Below are positions 8,543-17,166 of a stretch of DNA of 64,000 nucleotides, piece after piece. The DNA comes from Thermomicrobiales bacterium (GTDB lineage: Bacteria; Chloroflexota; Chloroflexia; Thermomicrobiales; UBA6265). A program made the translations under genes and the position numbers. How positions within the stretch are numbered: the stretch's first letter is position 1; each line of letters begins with the position of its first letter. The notes beneath the pieces are model-generated. The model ran no database searches and was not told where the DNA came from. It saw only the letters and a program-made list of their open reading frames with translations. Location of the stretch: the NCBI GenBank assembly GCA_033812595.1, contig JAPXTJ010000001.1:13306-77305 (forward strand), read 5' to 3'.

Positions 8543-11518
8543 ATGTCAGACAGGGGTACATACGTGGTCACATTCCCGGCGACCGACGCCCAGCGCGCCA
8601 TCATCGAGTTGCCGGTGGATGCGTCCGCGATCCTGATCAAGGCCGGTCCGGGGAGCGGCAAGACCAGGGTTCTCTGCGATCGGATCGTCCATCTGCTCGA
8701 GGCGGGCGTCGATCCGCGCCAGATCACCGCCGTCACCTTCACCCAGCTCGCCGCCCACGAACTGCGGCAGCGGATCCAGGCGAGGGCGGAGGTCGATGTC
8801 TGGACCGGTACCTTTCACGGCTACGCCTACCGCGTGCTGCAAGCCCACGGCGCGAACTGGGGCTTCCCGAGACCGATCCAGGTGCTCGATGAGGTCGGTC
8901 AGCTGGCCGCGCTCCGCAACGCGTTCACGACCGTGACCGGCTACCGGGGCGACGAGTACAAGGCGCGGGAGCTCGCCCAAATCATCTCGCTCCGCAAACG
9001 CCGGGGGCAGACGATCGAGGAATACGACTACAGTCAGATTGTCGCGCTCGAATTCGAGGAGCGGTTGCGCGAGATCGATTCCGTCTACCACGAGTTCCTG
9101 CGCGGGGAACCGGCTTTCGATTACGACGAACTCATCTACCAGGTCAATCTCCACCTGCGCACCGATGACGCCGCCCGCGCGGTCGTTCAGCGCGAGGCGC
9201 GGTGGCTGCTCGTGGATGAGTTCCAGGACGTTTCGGACGATCAGTACGCGCTGATCGAGGTTGTCGCCCCGGCCCGGCTCGAGGATCGCTACCTCTTCGC
9301 CGTCGGGGATGAGCGGCAATCGATCTACCGCTTTCGGGGCGCCGGCTCCGAGAAACTCTTCACCCGCCTCCGGCTCGATTACCGGGCGCGCGAGATCGGC
9401 CTGAACGAGAACTTCCGCTCGACTGAATCGATCGTGCGGGCCGCCAATCTGATTCAGCCGCCCGATGCGAACACCCGCCTGGTCTCGGTCAGCCGGGAAG
9501 CAAGCCGGCCGATTCACATCTACGCATTTGGCTCGGTCGAGGACGAGGCGAACCGGGTCCGACAGATCGTGCAGCAACGGATCGAGGCGGGAGACGATCC
9601 GGATTCGATCGCGATCCTCTACAGCACCCACCGGCGGGCGAACGCGGTCGAAAGCGCGCTGAGCGACGCCCGCCTGCCGGTTTACCGGCACGTGCGCAAC
9701 AGTATCCACACCCGTCCGGAGGCCGAACCGCTGATCGCGCTGATGCGTGATGCCGATGTGCCAATCCGGCGCGATGGGGTGCTGCGCACGATCGGTCTTC
9801 TGCCGGCGGCGCTGGTGGACGAATTCGACTGGATTCGGCAGGAACGGGCGCGCACCGACGGTGGAGAATTCGCCCCGACTCTCGGGCTGGATCACCGCCT
9901 GCGTACCCTGGGCGAATGCGTGAAGCTGGCGAAGCCGCCGAAAACGCCGAACGGGGTGGGGCGCTACGCGAACCGGTTGCTCGATTTCTACGCCCCGATC
10001 CTCGATCTGATCGATGACACGGAACGGGCGCAGTTGCTCGATCTCCTCACGTACATCGACCGGTACGTCACCGACGCGCTGCTGGCGGTGCAGGCGGCGC
10101 TCGACGCCGGGCACGAGATCGTACTCCTGACGGGAGATTCCCACGACGGCTACCTCGCCCGCGCACTGTTGCAGGACCTGCTGCCCGACGGCGATCCCCA
10201 ACTCGGCCAGTTCTACCTCTGCCTTGGCTGCGAGGTGCCGGCCGGCGTTCGCGGGTTCCGCATCGACCCGGAGTACGACCCGACCGTGATGGTGACCGTC
10301 ACGATGCAGGCGTGGCGACTCGCCCAGCGCCTCCTGCCGGGCGAACGACTCGACGGCTTCAGCTACGTGGCGATCGACCTCGAGACGACCTCGACCAACG
10401 TCGCGACCACCGACATCATCGAGCTCGGTGCGGTCCGCTTCGATCCCGCAACCGGCGAAATCCTCGATCGATTCACGTCGCTGATCCACTGCCGCAAACT
10501 GCCGGGGACGATCGCGCAACTGACCGGCATAACCGCCACCGAGCTTTACGAGGCCCCGAAAGCGGCTGACGTGCTGCAACGGTTCATTGCCTGGCTCAGG
10601 CCGGACGACATCCTGATCGGGCACAACGTCGCTGAATTCGATCTCGATGTCCTCAACCGTCACTGCATAGCGAGCAGTCTCGGCGCGATCGACCAGCCCT
10701 CCATTGATACGCTCAAGTGGAGCCGTCGGTTGCTGCCACATCTCTCCGCAAAACTGGAACACCTGATGGTCGACCTGCCGCTGACGGCCCGGCCCTCCCA
10801 CCGGGCGCTGCCTGACGCAGAATCGACCGCCGAGCTCTTCTGCCGCCTGCTCGAAGAGCGGGACCGCTTCATGCGGGTACGGGCACTCGACGGCGCGCTA
10901 CCGCTGGTGGCCGCGAGCCTGCTCGAGTACCCGAACTGGGACGCCGGCGACGGCGCGCTGCTCGTCGAACTCGGCGGACGGCGGCTGATGCTCGGCGCGG
11001 CCGGCAAATTCGTGGTCCGGGCGCGGCAGGCGCTCGGCCTGCAGTGGACTTCGCTCGGCAAGGAACTGCTCAGGCGCAAGCGCGTCACCTCCCGGCGGGA
11101 AACCACCTGGCTGGACTTCCGCAAGGCCTGGATAGAGCTGATCGAGCGTCACGCCGCCATGATGCCGACCCTGACCGCGGTTGAACTTGCGACGTCGCTC
11201 GCCCTCTCCGCCACCAACGACGCCGGCATCCTCCCGGGGAACGTGACGATGATGACCATCCACGCGGCAAAAGGCAAAGAGTGGCCGACCGTGATCATGA
11301 TCGGCGCCGAGGACGATCAGTTCCCCTCAAGAACGACCCCTGATCCCGAGGAGATCGAGGAAGGTGGACGCCTCTTCTACGTCGGCATCACGCGGGCGAA
11401 AACCCGGTTGATGATCACCTGGGCTGCGGAACGGAACGGCAACCAGAAGCGGCCGTCGCGCTACCTCGAACTGATCCCGAAGAACGATGAAGGATTGGCC
11501 ATCCGCCGCCGGTATTGA
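8543..11518 (+). CDS. UvrD/PcrA/Rep-family SF1 helicase with embedded DnaQ-like DEDDh 3'-5' exonuclease domain
   Basis: Helicase motifs: GPGSGKT (I), LLVDEFQDVS (II), GDERQSIYRFRGA (III), NFRST (IV) and YVGITRAK (VI). Exonuclease motifs between IV and V/VI: AIDLETTS (ExoI), GHNVAEFDLDVL (ExoII) and HRALPDAESTAELF (ExoIII). Start ATG 8543 (MSDRGTYVV) is preferred over TTG 8522. Confidence 0.9.
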   Translation: MSDRGTYVVTFPATDAQRAIIELPVDASAILIKAGPGSGKTRVLCDRIVHLLEAGVDPRQITAVTFTQLAAHELRQRIQARAEVDVWTGTFHGYAYRVLQAHGANWGFPRPIQVLDEVGQLAALRNAFTTVTGYRGDEYKARELAQIISLRKRRGQTIEEYDYSQIVALEFEERLREIDSVYHEFLRGEPAFDYDELIYQVNLHLRTDDAARAVVQREARWLLVDEFQDVSDDQYALIEVVAPARLEDRYLFAVGDERQSIYRFRGAGSEKLFTRLRLDYRAREIGLNENFRSTESIVRAANLIQPPDANTRLVSVSREASRPIHIYAFGSVEDEANRVRQIVQQRIEAGDDPDSIAILYSTHRRANAVESALSDARLPVYRHVRNSIHTRPEAEPLIALMRDADVPIRRDGVLRTIGLLPAALVDEFDWIRQERARTDGGEFAPTLGLDHRLRTLGECVKLAKPPKTPNGVGRYANRLLDFYAPILDLIDDTERAQLLDLLTYIDRYVTDALLAVQAALDAGHEIVLLTGDSHDGYLARALLQDLLPDGDPQLGQFYLCLGCEVPAGVRGFRIDPEYDPTVMVTVTMQAWRLAQRLLPGERLDGFSYVAIDLETTSTNVATTDIIELGAVRFDPATGEILDRFTSLIHCRKLPGTIAQLTGITATELYEAPKAADVLQRFIAWLRPDDILIGHNVAEFDLDVLNRHCIASSLGAIDQPSIDTLKWSRRLLPHLSAKLEHLMVDLPLTARPSHRALPDAESTAELFCRLLEERDRFMRVRALDGALPLVAASLLEYPNWDAGDGALLVELGGRRLMLGAAGKFVVRARQALGLQWTSLGKELLRRKRVTSRRETTWLDFRKAWIELIERHAAMMPTLTAVELATSLALSATNDAGILPGNVTMMTIHAAKGKEWPTVIMIGAEDDQFPSRTTPDPEEIEEGGRLFYVGITRAKTRLMITWAAERNGNQKRPSRYLELIPKNDEGLAIRRRY

Positions 11519-11527
11519 CCGCCGGGC

Positions 11528-12352
11528 TCAAATGCCGACGCCTTCCCGGTCATCACCGCGAATCGAGCGGACGAAAGACGCGAACGCGGTGTCACCCTTT
11601 TGCCACGCTTCGAGCAGCCGGTTCTGACCGGAATCGCTGCCGTACGCGAACCGCTTGCCATCGGCGCCAAAGAGCTCCTGCCAGAAGCGCGCCTCCGCGC
11701 CGTGCGCCGCGATCTCCTCGGTCAGCTCAACGCCGTTTGGCAGCGTGTCGCACGTCTCCTCATAGAAACAGGCTTCACCGGTGATGGCACGCTCGGCGTG
11801 CGCGGCCTCGTGCACCAGGATCGCCGCCAACGTATCGAGATTACGGCTGCGCACCGATTCGGCATCGATCACGATGTGGCTCCCGACCCAGCCGTACCAG
11901 CTCCAGCGCGTGCGCGTGTAGCCCGCGTTGTAGGGGAGCTCCTCGACCGACACCAGGACATCGTTTTCGACAAGCACATCGAACAGGCGCGCGCCTTCAT
12001 CAGTGGCGCGCAGCAGATCGAAGGCCCGCTCCAACACCCCGGTGTAGACAACGTTGACCGTATCGTCGATCGGATACCACTCCGCCGGGGCCGCCGGCTC
12101 CACGCCCGGCGTCTCGCCGATGTCATCGAGCGCGACGGTGACCACGCGGCCGACCGCTTCTTCCGGCGGCAGGTTGTCGAAGGCGGTCAGGGGTGGAACG
12201 TTGATCGCCGCCCAGATGCCGAGGATCAGCGTGACGAGCGCGAGCACGGTCGTCGCCATCGCCAAGCCGATCGCCCGGAAACAACCGGCCGTGGCATCGA
12301 GCGAGGCGTTTTCATCGATCTCCGGTTCGAACTGCGGGTACTGCTGCATCAC
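11528..12352 (-). CDS. Membrane-anchored hypothetical protein with HExxH motif (putative zinc metallopeptidase-like)
   Basis: One N-terminal TM segment (AIGLAMATTVLALVTLILGIWAAI). ILVHEAAHAERAI is followed by EEIAAHGAE. No family recognised. Confidence 0.55.
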   Translation of the reverse strand: MMQQYPQFEPEIDENASLDATAGCFRAIGLAMATTVLALVTLILGIWAAINVPPLTAFDNLPPEEAVGRVVTVALDDIGETPGVEPAAPAEWYPIDDTVNVVYTGVLERAFDLLRATDEGARLFDVLVENDVLVSVEELPYNAGYTRTRWSWYGWVGSHIVIDAESVRSRNLDTLAAILVHEAAHAERAITGEACFYEETCDTLPNGVELTEEIAAHGAEARFWQELFGADGKRFAYGSDSGQNRLLEAWQKGDTAFASFVRSIRGDDREGVGI

Positions 12353-12451
12353 TGCGAATCGATCTGTTCCGGCCTGTCCCGACCGCGCGATAGTACGATT
12401 AGTTCGTTGCGTTCATTCGGGCCGTTTGCCCTCGCCGACAAGGAGTGACCG

Positions 12452-13363
12452 ATGCGACTCGGATTGATGACCGCCGCGCTGCCCGGACTGGAGTTGCCGG
12501 GCCTGGCCACGTGGGCCGCGGAATCGGGCTATCAGATGCTCGAAATCGCCTGTTGGCCTCCGGCCAAGGCGACCCGCCGTTACGCCGGTGTGACCCACAT
12601 CGATGTCACCGACCTCGACGCCGCGAAAGCACGCGAAATCCGGTCCATCATCGCAGGTCACGGGCTCGACATCTCATCGCTCGGCTACTACCCGAATCCA
12701 CTCGATCCCGATCCCGAGGTTTCCGCCGCCGCGTTCGAGCACATCCGGCGGGTGATCGACGCCGCGGCGTTGCTCGAAGTCGAAATCGTCGGCACCTTCA
12801 TCGGCGCCGACATGACGAAAAGCAGCGCCGAGAATCTCGAAACGTTCGCGCGAGTCTGGCCTTCGACTATCAAGTACGCGGGCGAGCGCGGCATCAAGAT
12901 CGCGATCGAGAACTGCCCGATGCTCTGGCGCGATACCTGGCCGAGCGGCACGAACCTCGCCACCACGCCGGCGATCTGGAAGCGAATGTTCGAGATCATT
13001 CCAGACGACAACTTCGGGCTCAACTACGATCCGAGCCACCTCGTTTGGCAGTTCATCGATTACATTCGGCCGATCCACGAGTTCACCGACCGCATCTTCC
13101 ACGTCCACGCCAAGGACATGCGCATCGATCGCGACGCCCTCTACCAGGACGGCGTGCTCGGCTGCGGATTCAGCTGGGCGATCCCGAAACTGCCGGGCTT
13201 GGGCGAGGTCAACTGGTCGGCCTTCACCTCGGCGCTCTACGAGGTCGGCTACAACTACGTGATCAGCGTCGAGCACGAAGATCGCGCGTTCGAAGCGACC
13301 GAGGATGCCGTCAAGCGGGGCTTCTACCTGACCCGCGATGTCCTCAAACCGCTGATTCACTAA
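12452..13363 (+). CDS. Sugar phosphate isomerase/epimerase (xylose-isomerase-like TIM barrel)
   Basis: 303 aa. AAGGAG RBS 7 nt upstream. Typical pattern MRLGLMT...GYQMLEIACWP...IAIENCP...FGLNYDPSHLVWQ...HAKD...ISVEHED. Confidence 0.85.
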   Translation: MRLGLMTAALPGLELPGLATWAAESGYQMLEIACWPPAKATRRYAGVTHIDVTDLDAAKAREIRSIIAGHGLDISSLGYYPNPLDPDPEVSAAAFEHIRRVIDAAALLEVEIVGTFIGADMTKSSAENLETFARVWPSTIKYAGERGIKIAIENCPMLWRDTWPSGTNLATTPAIWKRMFEIIPDDNFGLNYDPSHLVWQFIDYIRPIHEFTDRIFHVHAKDMRIDRDALYQDGVLGCGFSWAIPKLPGLGEVNWSAFTSALYEVGYNYVISVEHEDRAFEATEDAVKRGFYLTRDVLKPLIH

Positions 13364-14211
13364 TGGAGGACGAAACGTACGATTACGGGCTCGATCCGGG
13401 CGAGAGCTTCGATCCGTTGGAGGATGAAGAGGTCGATCGATCGCAGCCGCACATCATGACCGTGCTCGGTCCGATTCACCCCGGCGCGCTCGGTCCGGTC
13501 AATCTCGCCGCTTCATTCGTTCCACGCAGTGAGCGAGAGGATATCGGCGCGATCCTGACAGAAATCCAGGAGTGCGCGGCGGTCGGGCTGAACGCGCTGG
13601 TCGATCTCCGCCCGATCCGCAGCCAGCGCGAAGCCGAGGCGGCGCTCTGGCTGGCGCAGCGTAGCGACATTCACCTGATCGTGTCGACGGGCATCGAGGG
13701 TGCTCCCGCTCAACTAATCGATCAAGCCGCGGTTGGTTTGCATGGAACCTCCGTGTTGCCGGGCCTGATCGTGGCAGATCCTGCGGATACGGCGATCGCA
13801 TCGGGACTCACCGGCAGGGAAGCGACGGGACTCCCATTGGTCATCGATGCCCGCCTCGGGGAGCCAGATTCGTTCGTTACGTCCGAACATGTGGCGACGG
13901 TGATCCGACCCTCAGGATCAGGCGTCAATCCGCCCAAGGGAGCCGGCATCCTGTTCGATCTCGCTGGTGATCCCCCGGCTCACTGGCCGATCGCCCCGGC
14001 AAAGCCCGGTATCAACGAATCACCCTGGCTGGTCGGGTACGATCCGGCCGATAAGGGCAGAGCGCTCTTTTCACGCTGGTCATGGCTGATCGAGGAATTC
14101 CCGATCTCGCTCCTGGAATCGGGATTCGAACTCGCTGATGTCCAGAATCTACTGATCGAGGCGCCAGCTGAATTCCTGACGATCGAATTGCCGGCAGCGC
14201 CGCGCTGCTAA
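13363..14211 (+). CDS. Phosphotriesterase-family (PTE/PHP-like) homologue lacking the N-terminal HxH metal ligands
   Basis: This is the 3' part of track ORF 12445..14211. ATG 13363 overlaps the upstream stop (TAATG). IMTVLGPIHPGALGPVNLAASFV aligns by eye to the PTE N-terminus, where HEH is normally found. ALVDLRPIRSQREAEAALWLAQRSDIHLIVSTGIEG is PTE-like. Confidence 0.6.
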   Translation: MEDETYDYGLDPGESFDPLEDEEVDRSQPHIMTVLGPIHPGALGPVNLAASFVPRSEREDIGAILTEIQECAAVGLNALVDLRPIRSQREAEAALWLAQRSDIHLIVSTGIEGAPAQLIDQAAVGLHGTSVLPGLIVADPADTAIASGLTGREATGLPLVIDARLGEPDSFVTSEHVATVIRPSGSGVNPPKGAGILFDLAGDPPAHWPIAPAKPGINESPWLVGYDPADKGRALFSRWSWLIEEFPISLLESGFELADVQNLLIEAPAEFLTIELPAAPRC

Positions 14212-14891
14212 TGGAGGTTCCGTTCGTGTCTTTTCCCGGAGCGTTGATCTTCGATATGGATGGCTTGCTGGTCAACAGCGAACCGATCGCGGCCGTAGCG
14301 ATGGAGCGTTTTCTCGCCCGGCGCATGCTCGATCCCGATCCCGACCTTTACCTGCAACTGCTCGGCCGTCGCTTGCCGGAGGCGATGCTGATCGTCAAGC
14401 GGTGGTACGGCCTCGAAGGTGAGCACGCCGATCTGACCGAGGAGTACGGCGGGCTGCGCCTGGCCGCGCTCAAGGAAGGGCTGCCGGTGATGCCGGGCGC
14501 GTTCGAGATCATCAGCTGGGCGCGCGAGATTGGACTGCCGCGGGCGTTGGCGACCTCCTCGATGCGCTCGCACGCCGATGTCGGCATCGCCGCTGCCGGC
14601 ATCGGCGGTCTGTTCGACGCCGAAGCGACCGGCGATGAGGTCGAAAACGGCAAACCCGCGCCAGATCTCTTCCTGCTCGCGGCCGAACGGCTTGGGGTCG
14701 ATCCGGCCGTTTGCCTCGTCTTCGAGGACGCTCCGGCCGGGGTCGCCGCCGGCAAGGCGGCGGGGATGGAAGTGGTCTGGATTCCGAACGATCACACCCG
14801 TGATGTGCCGATGCCGGTCGCGCCTGATTGGCGCGCCGAATCCCTGATCGAAGCGCGCGAGGTTTTGGAACGCCGCCGCTCCTCCACCTGA
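14211..14891 (+). CDS. HAD-superfamily hydrolase (beta-phosphoglucomutase/phosphatase-like, subfamily IA)
   Basis: DxD motif LIFDMDGLLVNSEP, then ALATSS, GKPAPD and VFEDAPAGVAAGKAAGM. ATG overlaps the upstream stop (TAATG). Confidence 0.85.
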   Translation: MEVPFVSFPGALIFDMDGLLVNSEPIAAVAMERFLARRMLDPDPDLYLQLLGRRLPEAMLIVKRWYGLEGEHADLTEEYGGLRLAALKEGLPVMPGAFEIISWAREIGLPRALATSSMRSHADVGIAAAGIGGLFDAEATGDEVENGKPAPDLFLLAAERLGVDPAVCLVFEDAPAGVAAGKAAGMEVVWIPNDHTRDVPMPVAPDWRAESLIEAREVLERRRSST

Positions 14892-14967
14892 CGGTCGGTG
14901 TCAGGTTCTTCTCCGATCATTTCTTCGGCTCCGAGCTACCGTCCGCACCACGAAGGAGACGAACCCG

Positions 14968-15468
14968 ATGGCCCATCCGCTGGTCGAGCAACTCCGATTC
15001 ACCCGGGCCGAGTTCAGGCGCGGCCTGAAAGGCGTGACCGCCGAAGAAGGCGTCAAGCGCTTCGAACCGATCAACAGCGTTTCCTGGATCATCGGTCACC
15101 TCGCGAATCAGGAGCAGCGCTATTGGCTGGAGCGCATGAATCTCGACCCCGTTGTGAAGGGTTTGCACAAACAGGTCGGGTGGGGATCGCCGCCGAATAC
15201 GCCACCCCTCGATGAGATGTGGGCGGCCTGGAACGCAATCACGGCTGCCACCGATCCCTGGCTCGACACCCTTTCCAGTACCGATCTCGAGGCGTTCCCG
15301 CCGCGCGCCAGCCGGTCAGAATCGACCGGTACGCTGATGCTCCGCGTTATCCATCACTACTGGTATCACCTTGGAGAGGCCTCGGCGATCCGTCAGATGC
15401 TCGGCCACACCAATCTCCCGCAGTTTGTCGGGGCAATTGGCGATGAGGCGCCGTACCGGCCGGAGTAG
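14968..15468 (+). CDS. DinB-family protein
   Basis: 166 aa with a GAAGGAG RBS. Contains SWIIGHLANQEQRYW and HHYWYHLGEASAIRQMLGH, a DinB-like His triad pattern. Confidence 0.75.
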   Translation: MAHPLVEQLRFTRAEFRRGLKGVTAEEGVKRFEPINSVSWIIGHLANQEQRYWLERMNLDPVVKGLHKQVGWGSPPNTPPLDEMWAAWNAITAATDPWLDTLSSTDLEAFPPRASRSESTGTLMLRVIHHYWYHLGEASAIRQMLGHTNLPQFVGAIGDEAPYRPE

Positions 15469-15506
15469 GGCTTGTCGATTTCCCCCTGCAATGCCAGAGT
15501 TTCGGC

Positions 15507-17012
15507 ATGACGACGCACGCCCACCTTTCCGACTGGATCGATTCCGAAACCGCTGCGCTGAAATCATCGGTGCCGACCAACCGGGAAGAGGCGATTCACG
15601 CGCTGCTCCATGCCCGGCGGTCGCCCGATCTCGAACAGCCTCCTACCCGTAAAACGGTGACCGGCGTGCCGGTGTCGCACCCCGGGCTGGCGCTGGCGTT
15701 GCAGCTTGTGCTCGAATCGGAATCGGCTTCGGACGATTGCGAAGCATCGGATGAATGGGCGGCATCGTTCCTCACGGACTGTAACGCCGTCGCGGAAGCC
15801 CGGATGGTGCTGGCGCACACCGAATCCGGGTTCATGAAACTCGCCGAGCCGGACGGACCGCATCTCAACGCCTGGATCGCGACAAAACGGGCGCCGGTCC
15901 GGTGGCGGGAGCTGCACGCCTGGACCCGCTGGGCCGCCTGGAACAACGGCCTTGCTGAAGTCGAACGTCCAACCGATTCGACCCTGCTCTTCTCCTACCA
16001 GTTCGGCTATCCGGCGGAATCGTCGCTCTTCGGCGCGAAAGCGAACGACTGGTTGCAGATTGTCGCCAAACTGTTCGAGCTGGCGGAATCGGCCAATGCC
16101 GACCCGGTTTCGGTCACCTTGGATGGCTTGGTCGGGTATCTCGCCGAACGGCTCAAGGTCAAGCCTGAGTTGATCGCGGCGCGGTTGCCGCTCTTTGTCC
16201 TCAACCGCGAAAACGCCGCCTGGCACGCCGCGCCGCCCGCGATCGCCGCCGCTCCGATCGTCCGGGTCGACGAGGAAAAGCTGGTCATCTCGCCGCACGG
16301 CGTCTGGATGGCGCCGCTGATCTTCCTCACCCGCGAGATGCGCCGGCGGGATGCCGCCCTCTTTCACAACGCGTCGCAGGCGCGAGAAGACCTTTTCCGG
16401 CGCGAGCTGTACGCCCTTTTCCCGGAATCACGTTTCGTCACCGCCCGCAACCGGGTGCTGCTCAGAAAACCGGAAGGGGAGGCGCGCACCGATATCGACG
16501 CCGCCATCTTCGACAAGAAGACCGGCACCCTGGCGATTTTCGAGCTGAAAGCGCTCGATCCCTTCGCCCGCTCGACGGCCGAACTCCAGCGCCAGCGTGA
16601 CAACACGCTCGAAGCGGGGCATCAGGTCAGCGCCATCCTCGACTGGATCAACAAGCACAGCGCCGACGAATTGTTGAAACGGATCGATCCCGGCACCGCC
16701 AAAAAACTCAAGGTGCAGAAAGTGCTGCCGTTCGCACTGGGTCGCTGTGTCGTCCGGTTCGACAACGGTCCGGCCCCGGAAGCCCGGGCTGGCTGGAGCG
16801 ACTGGCCCAGCTTCATGGAGCAGGTTGAAACCATCGCCAGCTCCAACGCCACCAACCCGCTGCAATCGCTCCACACCGCGTTGTTGCAGTCAACACCGGT
16901 GGAGATCGACCCCAACGCCTACCAATCCCACGAGATCCGTTTAGGGACGACCAAGCGCACGATCGAAGTCTTCCCGTCCTGGTCATCCCTGAACGACTCA
17001 CCCGAAGCCTGA
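15507..17012 (+). CDS. Hypothetical protein with PD-(D/E)XK-like nuclease motif in the C-terminal third
   Basis: 501 aa. REDLFRRELYALF ... RTDIDAAIFDKKTGTLAIFELKAL gives an E / D / ExK arrangement. No other recognisable domain. Confidence 0.55.
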   Translation: MTTHAHLSDWIDSETAALKSSVPTNREEAIHALLHARRSPDLEQPPTRKTVTGVPVSHPGLALALQLVLESESASDDCEASDEWAASFLTDCNAVAEARMVLAHTESGFMKLAEPDGPHLNAWIATKRAPVRWRELHAWTRWAAWNNGLAEVERPTDSTLLFSYQFGYPAESSLFGAKANDWLQIVAKLFELAESANADPVSVTLDGLVGYLAERLKVKPELIAARLPLFVLNRENAAWHAAPPAIAAAPIVRVDEEKLVISPHGVWMAPLIFLTREMRRRDAALFHNASQAREDLFRRELYALFPESRFVTARNRVLLRKPEGEARTDIDAAIFDKKTGTLAIFELKALDPFARSTAELQRQRDNTLEAGHQVSAILDWINKHSADELLKRIDPGTAKKLKVQKVLPFALGRCVVRFDNGPAPEARAGWSDWPSFMEQVETIASSNATNPLQSLHTALLQSTPVEIDPNAYQSHEIRLGTTKRTIEVFPSWSSLNDSPEA

Positions 17013-17100
17013 GGGCCACCAGCGTTCCGCTTAACGAGCGCCGATAGCCCGCACACCCACGGCTTTGTGACTTGCGGACGACACATGAGTAGTCGAACGG

Positions 17101-17146
17101 AGAAAACGAAATCCACCCGGCGAAGACGCGCCGGGTGGATTTCGTT
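17101..17146 (-). terminator. Rho-independent terminator of lpd (also sits after the convergent + strand gene)
   Basis: 16-18 bp perfect stem aacgaaatccacccggcg / cgccgggtggatttcgtt with a 6-nt loop. On the minus strand it is followed by TTTTCTC. Confidence 0.8.
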
Positions 17147-17166
17147 AACCTTGTATCGTTTGATGG

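Noticed and set aside
8464-8742. N-terminal extension of the IMPase-family ORF (track 7606..8742)
   Set aside because: The extension overlaps the divergent helicase gene start. It has no counterpart in the paralogue at 24344..25219.
8546-10801. 751-aa ORF on the minus strand
   Set aside because: It is entirely antisense to the helicase gene, which has unmistakable motifs. Its translation is an R/G/D/P/V-rich low-complexity string typical of shadow ORFs in high-GC DNA.
12445-13362. 5' two-thirds of the 588-aa track ORF 12445..14211
   Set aside because: This part is an out-of-frame overlap of the TIM-barrel isomerase gene (12452..13363) and reads as an R-rich nonsense peptide. Only the portion from ATG 13363 is protein-like.
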